This document shows positions 38,158 to 47,443 of a stretch of DNA of 47,443 bases, piece after piece. Each line of letters opens with the position of its first letter. The stretch's first letter is position 1. Under the pieces are notes generated by a model, which made no database searches, had not been told where the DNA came from, and saw nothing but the letters and a program-made list of their open reading frames with translations. The stretch spans positions 1 through 47,443 of the forward strand of contig JAKBAT010000001.1 of the NCBI GenBank assembly GCA_021808815.1. Reading direction: 5' to 3'. Both the position numbers and the translations under genes were made by a program. The DNA is from Pseudomonadota bacterium. Its GTDB lineage: Bacteria; Pseudomonadota; Gammaproteobacteria; Burkholderiales; Ferrovaceae.

Positions 38158-39485
38158 TACTTGCCGATGCAAAAACGGGAAAAAATCTGCCCCAGCAGAT
38201 CGTCCGAAGAAAAGGATCCCGTAATTCCGGACAGGAACTGCTGGGCCAAACGCAGCTCTTCTGCCAAAAACTCCACGGCGTCCTTCTGGGTCTGCGCGCG
38301 TTCCAGGCAGGCCTCCGCTTGCAGCAGGGCGGCACAATGGCGTTCCCGCGCCAGAAACAATGGCTCCGGACTTTCCTTCCAGCCTGCCAGTTCCAGCATC
38401 TGCTGCCTCAGGAGCTCCAAGCCGGCACCCGTCACCGCCGACACTCCTGGCCCCCGTTCCTGCAGCGTCGCTGCATCGGCCAGATCCGCTTTGTTGTAGA
38501 TCACCTGCCTGGGCAGCGTTTCCGGTAATCGCTGCAGCAACATCCGGTCAGCCTCGGTCAATCCTTGCCGGATATCGGCTACCACCCAGGCCAAATCCGC
38601 TTCGTGGACGGCCTTCCAGGTACGTTCGATACCCGCCTGTTCAACCACATCGCCAGTATCCCGGATTCCCGCCGTATCCAGCATATGGAATGGAATCCCC
38701 TCAATGAACACCGTGGCACGAATGATATCCCGGGTCGTCCCGGGGACATTCGTCACCAGCGCATGTTCCTCTTCCGTCAGCGCATTCAGCAGGCTTGACT
38801 TGCCCACGTTGGGGGCCCCGATCAGGACCACCCGGCGTCCTGAACGCAACAGGGTCCCCTGGTTTGCCTGTTCCAGCAATGACGCAAGATCCATCCTGAT
38901 CCTGCCCAGGCGCTGCGGAAAATCGCCGGCCATGAAATCAACCCCTTCTTCCGCGAAATCGATACTCCCTTCCACCCCCATGCGCAACGCCACCAGGTCG
39001 TCGACCAGTGCGTTGACCCTTCGGGAAAACTGTCCGGTCAAGGATCGTGCGGCCCCTTTCACGGCAGCCGTGCTTTCGGCTGCAATCAAGTCCGCCACGG
39101 CCTCTGCCTGCGCGAGATCGATCTTGTGATTGAAAAAGGCGCGTTGGGTAAATTCCCCCGGCAATGCCATGCGCGCCCCGAGCTGCAGGCATCGTGCCAA
39201 CAACAGGCGCAACACGGCATTTCCGCCGTGCGCCTGGAGCTCAAGGACATCCTCGCCCGTGAAGGAGGACGGGGCCTGAAAGTAAATCAGCAACCCCTCA
39301 TCCATCACGTTGCCTTCTGCATCGGTAAAACGGGTGAACCGTGCCTGCCGGGCCACTGGCACCCCGCCTGCCGTGAGGTGGCAGGCAAACTCCTGCAGGT
39401 GTGGGCCCGACACCCGGATGACGCCGATCCCTGCCTGCCCCGGGGCAGTGGCAATCGCTGCGATGACGTCAGCGCTTGCCATCAC
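38157..39485 (-). CDS. mnmE: tRNA modification GTPase MnmE (TrmE)
   Basis: 442 aa. G-domain GAPNVGKSSLLN and DTAGIR motifs, and the C-terminal CIGK motif. Confidence 0.96.
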   Translation of the reverse strand: MMASADVIAAIATAPGQAGIGVIRVSGPHLQEFACHLTAGGVPVARQARFTRFTDAEGNVMDEGLLIYFQAPSSFTGEDVLELQAHGGNAVLRLLLARCLQLGARMALPGEFTQRAFFNHKIDLAQAEAVADLIAAESTAAVKGAARSLTGQFSRRVNALVDDLVALRMGVEGSIDFAEEGVDFMAGDFPQRLGRIRMDLASLLEQANQGTLLRSGRRVVLIGAPNVGKSSLLNALTEEEHALVTNVPGTTRDIIRATVFIEGIPFHMLDTAGIRDTGDVVEQAGIERTWKAVHEADLAWVVADIRQGLTEADRMLLQRLPETLPRQVIYNKADLADAATLQERGPGVSAVTGAGLELLRQQMLELAGWKESPEPLFLARERHCAALLQAEACLERAQTQKDAVEFLAEELRLAQQFLSGITGSFSSDDLLGQIFSRFCIGK

Positions 39486-41133
39486 CCATCATGCGGGTGA
39501 TCTGCCACTGCTGCGCGATGGACAACACATTGTTGACCACCCAGTACAGGACAAGTCCTGCGGGGAAGAAAAAGAACATGAAACTGAAGGCCAAAGGCAT
39601 GAACATCATCACCTTGGCCTGCACGGGATCCGGCGGTTTCGGGCTCATCCGCTGCTGCACGAACATGGAGATCGTCATCAGCACGGGCAGGATGTAGTAA
39701 GGGTCCTGTGCAGAAAGATCCTGGATCCAGCCAAAGAAGGGGGCATGGCGCAATTCCACGGTTCCCAGAAGTACCCAGTAAAGCGCGATGAAGACCGGAA
39801 TCTGAACCACCATCGGCAAGCAACCGCCCAACGGATTGATTTTCTCGGTTTTGTAAAGCTCCATCATGGCCTGGTTCAGGCGCGCCTTGTCATCGGCAAA
39901 CTGTTCGCGAATGCGCGTCATTTTGGGCTGCACCACACGCATCCGGGCCATGGATTTGTAGCTGGCCGCCGAGAGGGGAAAGAAAACCGCCTTGATCAGG
40001 ACCGTCAACAGGATGATGGCCACGCCCCAGTTCCCTACCCATCCGTGAATCCAGGAGAGCACGTAAAAAAGCGGCATCGCAATGATGGTCAACCAGCCGT
40101 AGTCGATGGTGAGATCAAGCCCGGGAGCCAGTTCCTTGAGCTTGCCCCCCTCCTGCGGCCCGGCATAAAGCGGTACCGCAAGCGAGGCAGTGGCGCCTGG
40201 CGCGATGGCCCCCATCGGCAATATAACGCCCGCAGTGTAAAGGTCATTGCCTACCTTGCGTGTGAAAAACTCCCGCTGAAGCCCTGAGGGCGGTAACCAG
40301 GCAGCGACAAAATAATGCTGCAGCATGGCAATCCAGCCGTTGTTGGCAGTACTGGGATAGTCCTTCTTGCCCTTGTCAATGTCCGAAAAGGGGACTTTCC
40401 GGAACTTCGATGATTCCGTGTACACGGCAGGCCCCGTGTAGGTACTTACAAACCTGGGGTCTCCCGGCGGCGGTTGTGAAACTCGCAGGAACTGGTAATA
40501 GGCTTCAGGAGAAATGGGAGCCGACCCCAGGTTTTTCACCGAGGTTTCCACCGAGAGCACATAACTGCCCCGCTTGAAGTGATAGGTTTTTGTCACGGCA
40601 GCCACCCCCGGCACTTCGGCGGTGAGATGCACGTCCAGAACATCCTGGCCAGGCTGCAACGTGGCAGAGGTTGTATCCGGGGTATACACGGTGGTGTGGT
40701 TGGGCAGCCCGGCCCCCAGCAAGCCGCTTTGCGCGACGTAGATCAGGTGGCCCCGATCTTCCAGTAACTCGACGGGTTTGCTGCCATCGGTAGCAGACAA
40801 ATGCTTCAGCAACGTAAGGCTGCGCAAGTCTGCGCCATCCGTATCGATGTCGGCTGCCATGACATCGGTTTGCACCCGAACCCGCATCCCGTATTTCAGT
40901 CCCTCGGCATCAGGGGACGCTGCGGTGGCGGCAGGGACCTGGGTACTGGCGGCAGCCGGGAGGGACGACGCGTCAGTTGCCGCAGCGCCAGTCGCCTTGG
41001 CGGGCACTCCCGAGGGGGCAACCTGCGCCGCCGGCACTTTGGGGGGCCCGTGTTGGTAAGCTTGCCAGGCGTCCCATAGCATGAAGCTGGAAACCGTAAA
41101 AATGGCAAGCGGAACAATACGTTGCATATTCAT
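39469..41133 (-). CDS. yidC: Membrane protein insertase YidC
   Basis: Starts at ATG 41133 (MNMQRIVPLAIFTVSSFMLW). Large periplasmic domain plus a conserved C-terminal 5-TM core (NPLGGCLPMVVQIPVFIALYW). Its 3' end overlaps the mnmE start by 17 nt. Confidence 0.95.
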   Translation of the reverse strand: MNMQRIVPLAIFTVSSFMLWDAWQAYQHGPPKVPAAQVAPSGVPAKATGAAATDASSLPAAASTQVPAATAASPDAEGLKYGMRVRVQTDVMAADIDTDGADLRSLTLLKHLSATDGSKPVELLEDRGHLIYVAQSGLLGAGLPNHTTVYTPDTTSATLQPGQDVLDVHLTAEVPGVAAVTKTYHFKRGSYVLSVETSVKNLGSAPISPEAYYQFLRVSQPPPGDPRFVSTYTGPAVYTESSKFRKVPFSDIDKGKKDYPSTANNGWIAMLQHYFVAAWLPPSGLQREFFTRKVGNDLYTAGVILPMGAIAPGATASLAVPLYAGPQEGGKLKELAPGLDLTIDYGWLTIIAMPLFYVLSWIHGWVGNWGVAIILLTVLIKAVFFPLSAASYKSMARMRVVQPKMTRIREQFADDKARLNQAMMELYKTEKINPLGGCLPMVVQIPVFIALYWVLLGTVELRHAPFFGWIQDLSAQDPYYILPVLMTISMFVQQRMSPKPPDPVQAKVMMFMPLAFSFMFFFFPAGLVLYWVVNNVLSIAQQWQITRMMGDGKR

Positions 41134-41141
41134 GGAAACTC

Positions 41142-41351
41142 TCAGGGAACAGGATCGTAACCGCCGGGATGCCAGGGATGGCAGCGGCACACACGTTTGG
41201 CAGCCATTACGCTGCCGCGGACAGCACCATAACGGCCAACCGCTTCAGACGCATAATGGGAACAACTGGGTTCAAAACGGCAAGACCGGCCCAGCAAGGG
41301 ACTCAAGCCGAGTTGGTAGAGGCGGATGAGAACTTGAATGAATCGCGACAT
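41142..41351 (-). CDS. yidD: Membrane protein insertion efficiency factor YidD
   Basis: 69 aa. CRFEPSCSHYA and HPWHPGGYDPVP signatures. Confidence 0.92.
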   Translation of the reverse strand: MSRFIQVLIRLYQLGLSPLLGRSCRFEPSCSHYASEAVGRYGAVRGSVMAAKRVCRCHPWHPGGYDPVP

Positions 41352-41674
41352 TTCAGAATCTTCAGTGCCAGTTCCTCAAATTCCATCGAAATCAGCGCAA
41401 ACATTCCTGACATGAAGGGCTTCTTGTGCAACACCACGACATCAAGGCCTGCCAATGCACTGGCATGACACCGAAACACCTCACGGGTGACCCTTTTCAT
41501 GTAGTTTCGTCCCACCGCCCGATTGCACACTTTGCGGCTTACGACCACTCCCAGACGCGCGTGCGGCAACCCATTTGGAGCGGCCATGACACGAAAATGA
41601 GGGCCTGAAAATGCACAGCGGGATTTCAGCACCACTCTGAAATCGCGGCTATCGGAAATTTTCCCAATAACCAC
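41303..41674 (-). CDS. rnpA: Ribonuclease P protein component
   Basis: 123 aa, basic, with an RNR-like motif (VSRKVCNRAVGRNYMKR). GTG start. Sits between rpmH and yidD as usual. Confidence 0.9.
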   Translation of the reverse strand: MVIGKISDSRDFRVVLKSRCAFSGPHFRVMAAPNGLPHARLGVVVSRKVCNRAVGRNYMKRVTREVFRCHASALAGLDVVVLHKKPFMSGMFALISMEFEELALKILKCRDSFKFSSASTNSA

Positions 41675-41692
41675 CGATTTCAGGCAAAAAAC

Positions 41693-41827
41693 TTAAACCG
41701 CAAGACGGGCACGACCACGGGCACGACGCGCGTTGATCACGGCGCGGCCACCACGGGTTTTCATGCGAACACGGAAACCGTGGGTACGCTTGCGCTTGGT
41801 GACTGAGGGTTGGTAGGTACGCTTCAT
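41693..41827 (-). CDS. rpmH: 50S ribosomal protein L34
   Basis: Not in the ORF track because it is under 60 aa. My manual translation gives [44 protein letters not shown] followed by a stop, a textbook L34. Confidence 0.97.
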   Translation of the reverse strand: MKRTYQPSVTKRKRTHGFRVRMKTRGGRAVINARRARGRARLAV

Positions 41828-41861
41828 GATCAGAGTCTCAAGCGAGTTAACAGAACCGGGG

Positions 41862-41891
41862 ATTTAACCTCGAAACCCGATGACAAGTCAA
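41862..41891 (-). promoter_or_regulatory. Candidate sigma70 promoter for rpmH-rnpA (TTGACT-18 nt-TTAAAT)
   Basis: Hexamer and spacing match on the - strand, about 35 nt upstream of the rpmH ATG. Confidence 0.3.
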
Positions 41892-41898
41892 GAAAAAT

Positions 41899-41967
41899 AT
41901 ATCCACAAGAAACCATTAGTGACAGTGGATAAGTTATCCCGGCAAGGGTAGACTTGCTGGTGGATAA
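41899..41967. promoter_or_regulatory. DnaA-box cluster upstream of dnaA (three 8/9 boxes)
   Basis: aTATCCACA (41899-41907, +), TTATCCACt (41924-41932, -) and TTATCCACc (41959-41967, -), followed by an AT-rich tract at 41987-42020 (CAATTTATATAAATAACCATAATAATCAATATAC). Confidence 0.6.
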
Positions 41968-42025
41968 CTACAACGTCCCCACCGCACAATTTATATAAAT
42001 AACCATAATAATCAATATACTACCT

Positions 42026-43351
42026 ATGGACGACTTTTGGAGCAGCACCCTCAGCCAAATCCGCTCGGAACTTCCAGAGCAGCAATACACCACATGGATC
42101 AAGCCACTGCAAGCCGATGTGCGCGTTGACACTGTTGTGCTGACAGCCCCCAACCGCTTCATCCTCCAGTGGGTACGCGACCGGTTTCTGAAGCAGATCG
42201 AGGAACGGGCAAAGCAGAACGGCATTACGTCCATTCAGCTGGTCCAACGCACCGACCCGCCGTCGCCCGCTGCGGACAAACTGCCCGACGTCGCGCCCGA
42301 AACAGACACGGCACGCACGGTAGCAATAGAGAAACACCGGCTCAACCCCAATTTCACCTTTTCGACATTCATTGGCGGAAAGGCGAACCAGCTGGCGCGG
42401 GCCGCGGCCCTCCAGGTTGCAGAAAACCCGGGGGCGGCTTATAACCCGTTGTTCGTTTATGGGGGGGTTGGATTGGGGAAGACCCACCTGATCCAGGCCA
42501 TTGGCAACCAGTTGTTGGAGCAGAGGCCACAGGCAAAAATCCGTTACGTCCATGCGGAAAAGTACGTTTCCGACGTGGTCCGCGCCTACCAGCACAAGTC
42601 CTTCGACAGCTTCAAGCGTTACTACCACTCGCTGGATCTGTTGATGATCGACGATATCCAGTTTTTTGGTGGAAAAGCCCGAACCCAGGAAGAATTCTTC
42701 TTTGCCTTCAATGCCCTGGTTGAATCCCACCGTCAGGTGATCATCACTTGCGACAGCTTTCCGAAAGAAATTGCCGGAATGGAGGAGCGGCTGATCTCCC
42801 GTTTTGGATGGGGGCTCACGGTGGCCATCGAACCTCCGGAGCTTGAAATGCGCGTGGCCATTCTCATCAACAAGGCACGGCTGGAAGGGTTAGCGCTGGA
42901 TGAGGATGTGGCTTTTTTCATTGCAAAGCACATCCGCTCCAATGTGCGCGAGCTGGAAGGTGCCCTCAAGCGCGTTCAGGCCTACGCACGTTTCAAGGGA
43001 GATGCCATTAGCCTGCCATCCACACGCGAAGCCCTCAAGGACTTGCTGGCCCTCCAGCACCGGCAGATTTCCATCGAAAACATCCAGAAAACCGTTGCCG
43101 ACTACTACAAGATCAAGGTAGGCGACATGTTCTCGAAAAAGCGCACCCGGGTACTGGCCCGACCGCGTCAAATGGCCATGGCACTGGCCAAGGACATTAC
43201 CAACCTGAGCCTGCCGGATATCGGAGAGGCTTTTGGGGGACGAGACCACACGACCGTCCTCCATGCCTGCAGAAAAATGCAGGAATTGTGCGAAACGGAT
43301 ACCACCATTCAGCGCGACTTCCACGCATTGCAGCAAATACTCAACGGTTGA
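42026..43351 (+). CDS. dnaA: Chromosomal replication initiator protein DnaA
   Basis: 441 aa. AAA+ Walker [11 protein letters not shown], sensor motifs and C-terminal DNA-binding helix-turn-helix ([11 protein letters not shown]). Confidence 0.98.
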   Translation: MDDFWSSTLSQIRSELPEQQYTTWIKPLQADVRVDTVVLTAPNRFILQWVRDRFLKQIEERAKQNGITSIQLVQRTDPPSPAADKLPDVAPETDTARTVAIEKHRLNPNFTFSTFIGGKANQLARAAALQVAENPGAAYNPLFVYGGVGLGKTHLIQAIGNQLLEQRPQAKIRYVHAEKYVSDVVRAYQHKSFDSFKRYYHSLDLLMIDDIQFFGGKARTQEEFFFAFNALVESHRQVIITCDSFPKEIAGMEERLISRFGWGLTVAIEPPELEMRVAILINKARLEGLALDEDVAFFIAKHIRSNVRELEGALKRVQAYARFKGDAISLPSTREALKDLLALQHRQISIENIQKTVADYYKIKVGDMFSKKRTRVLARPRQMAMALAKDITNLSLPDIGEAFGGRDHTTVLHACRKMQELCETDTTIQRDFHALQQILNG

Positions 43352-43358
43352 CAAGGTT

Positions 43359-43468
43359 GTAGATAAGTACTGTAAAACCCTAGGGAAGCATTGTGGATAA
43401 AACAAAGGATTCGTCAAATTTCAAAGTTATCCACATTTCATCCCGTTATAATCTTGGACTTATCCAAC
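43359..43468. promoter_or_regulatory. DnaA-box cluster between dnaA and dnaN (two perfect boxes plus degenerate ones)
   Basis: TTATCtACA (43359-43367, -), perfect TTATCCACA (43392-43400, -), perfect TTATCCACA (43427-43435, +) and TTATCCAac (43460-43468, +). An AT-rich tract follows at 43488-43515. Confidence 0.7.
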
Positions 43469-43565
43469 GTGTTACGATAGAAGCAACATTATGTTTCATA
43501 AATAAATTTAATGAGAATCCACCGAACAGCGCAGACTCTTATCTATCTATTATCAGGTATATTCC

Positions 43566-44675
43566 ATGACCATTCTTAGTACCCGGCGCGAACAATTGCT
43601 GGAGCCACTCCAGTCCGTCATTGGCATTGTCGAGCGGCGTCATACGTTGCCCATTCTTTCCAACGTCCTGATACAGTCTTCGGAACATGAAGTCTCCATG
43701 ACCGCCACCGATCTGGAAGTCCAGATCAAAACCCGGGCGTTGCTGGAAAACAAGGTTCCCGGGCAATCCCTCACCCTTTCGGCACGCAAGCTGTACGACA
43801 TCCTGCGCAGTTTGCCCACTGAATCCGGTGTTGTGCTGGAATCCAAGGAAAACCGGTTGACTGTCAGGGCCGGGAAAAGCCGGTTCAGTTTGCAAACTCT
43901 GGGGGGGCAGGATTTTCCCACGATTGCCGTGACGGAAGACACGGGAATCGTTTTGACGGTTGCCCAGAAAGTCCTCAAGGCGTTGCTGGAGCGCGTGCAA
44001 TACGCCATGGCCCAGCAGGACGTGCGCTATTACCTGAACGGAACCCTGTTCAAGGTCAACGGCAACGAATTGACGCTGGTTGCGACCGATGGCCACCGCC
44101 TGAGCTACGCGACCGAACAGCTTTCCCAGGATTATGGCAAGGCGGAAGTCATTTTGCCCCGCAAGACCGTATCGGAGCTGATCAAGCTGCTGGCACCCTC
44201 GGATGAGCCTGTGACGGTGACCCTGCGTGCCAACCAGGCAGAATTCGGGCTGGGTAAAGTGGATGTGCTCTCCAAGGTTATCGATGGAAAATTCCCTGAC
44301 TATGCCCGCGTCATTCCGACTGCCTATACCAGGCATCTGACCTTGCAGCGGCTTGATTTGCTGCAGGCCCTGCAGCGTGCATCGATTCTTTCCAACGACA
44401 AGATCCGCGGCGTCCGGCTCCTGCTTTCCAAGAACAGTCTGGCGGTGGTATGTACCAACAACGAGCAGGAAGAGGCCCAGGAAGAACTGGATGTGTCCTA
44501 TACCCAGGAAGCCATCGACATTGGCTTTAACATCACTTACCTGCTGGACGTTCTGAACCACCTCACATCCGAATCCGTCATATGCTCGTTCGGTGATGCC
44601 AACAGCAGTGTTCTGATCACGGTTCCAGGTGCCGAGGACCACTTCAAGTACGTCGTCATGCCGATGCGCATTTGA
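43566..44675 (+). CDS. dnaN: DNA polymerase III beta sliding clamp
   Basis: 369 aa, DnaN-like throughout (LPILSNVLI, ATDGHRL, C-terminal VVMPMRI). Confidence 0.97.
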   Translation: MTILSTRREQLLEPLQSVIGIVERRHTLPILSNVLIQSSEHEVSMTATDLEVQIKTRALLENKVPGQSLTLSARKLYDILRSLPTESGVVLESKENRLTVRAGKSRFSLQTLGGQDFPTIAVTEDTGIVLTVAQKVLKALLERVQYAMAQQDVRYYLNGTLFKVNGNELTLVATDGHRLSYATEQLSQDYGKAEVILPRKTVSELIKLLAPSDEPVTVTLRANQAEFGLGKVDVLSKVIDGKFPDYARVIPTAYTRHLTLQRLDLLQALQRASILSNDKIRGVRLLLSKNSLAVVCTNNEQEEAQEELDVSYTQEAIDIGFNITYLLDVLNHLTSESVICSFGDANSSVLITVPGAEDHFKYVVMPMRI

Positions 44676-47123
<2,448 letters not shown>

Positions 47124-47143
47124 AAACTCGGCGGGCATTGCAC

Positions 47144-47443
47144 GTGTTTTCAGTTGTCATCCCGACCTGGAACAACCTTGCGCTGCTGCAACTCTGCCTT
47201 CGCAGCCTGGAAAGGTTCACGGCTCTCCCCTTCGAGGTGGTCCTGCACGTCAATGATGGCAGCGATGGCACGCTGGAATGGGTACGTGCCCAGGGAATAC
47301 GGCACACGCATTCCGCGGAAAACATCGGCATTTGCCACGCACTCAACCAGGCCGTTCCCCTGTCCACCTTTCCCTATGTGGTCTACCTCAATGATGACAT
47401 GGTGTGCTGCCCGGGCTGGGACACGGCGCTCATGGCGCGCATT
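47144..47443 (+). CDS. Family 2 glycosyltransferase, 3'-truncated by the window edge
   Basis: My manual translation is VFSVVIPTWNNLALLQLCLRSLERF...VVLHVNDGSDGTLEW...VVYLNDDMVCCPGWD. This shows the typical GT2 N-terminus (VVIPTxN) and a DD motif. The start is GTG 47144 or TTG 47138. Confidence 0.6.
   Translation, partial: MFSVVIPTWNNLALLQLCLRSLERFTALPFEVVLHVNDGSDGTLEWVRAQGIRHTHSAENIGICHALNQAVPLSTFPYVVYLNDDMVCCPGWDTALMARI

Overview
This window looks like an origin-proximal, core-genome segment of a moderately GC-rich (roughly 55-60% by eye) proteobacterium; the synteny looks betaproteobacterial. Almost every base is taken up by recognisable housekeeping genes. On the + strand: dctA (5' partial), thiC, uppP, thiD-thiE-hemL, engB, hemB, aroK-aroB, gltB-gltD-hemE, priA, argS, a SPOR-domain protein, dsbA, dnaA-dnaN-gyrB and a partial GT2 glycosyltransferase. 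On the - strand: rubredoxin, mrcA plus one unknown gene, glmU, the full atpIBEFHAGDC operon, parB-parA-rsmG-mnmG, and mnmE-yidC-yidD-rnpA-rpmH. I found no rRNA, tRNA, CRISPR array, IS element or prophage, and no convincing novel multi-gene system, so I treat this as an ordinary region with a few cis-element curiosities. These are: (1) two near-consensus parS sites 30 bp apart at the mnmE/mnmG junction; (2) DnaA-box clusters with AT-rich tracts on both sides of dnaA; (3) glmU, whose conserved N-terminal motif lies upstream of any ATG/GTG/TTG, implying a CTG start overlapping the atpC stop; (4) an intrinsic terminator pointing against both neighbours between engB and hemB, with a structured roughly 130-nt segment upstream (candidate sRNA); (5) an unusual hemE-priA spacer with AT-rich palindromes, a GC-rich long-range helix and an isolated perfect DnaA box; (6) one uncharacterised nucleotidyltransferase-fold gene downstream of mrcA. 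The long antisense ORFs in the track are GC-content artefacts.
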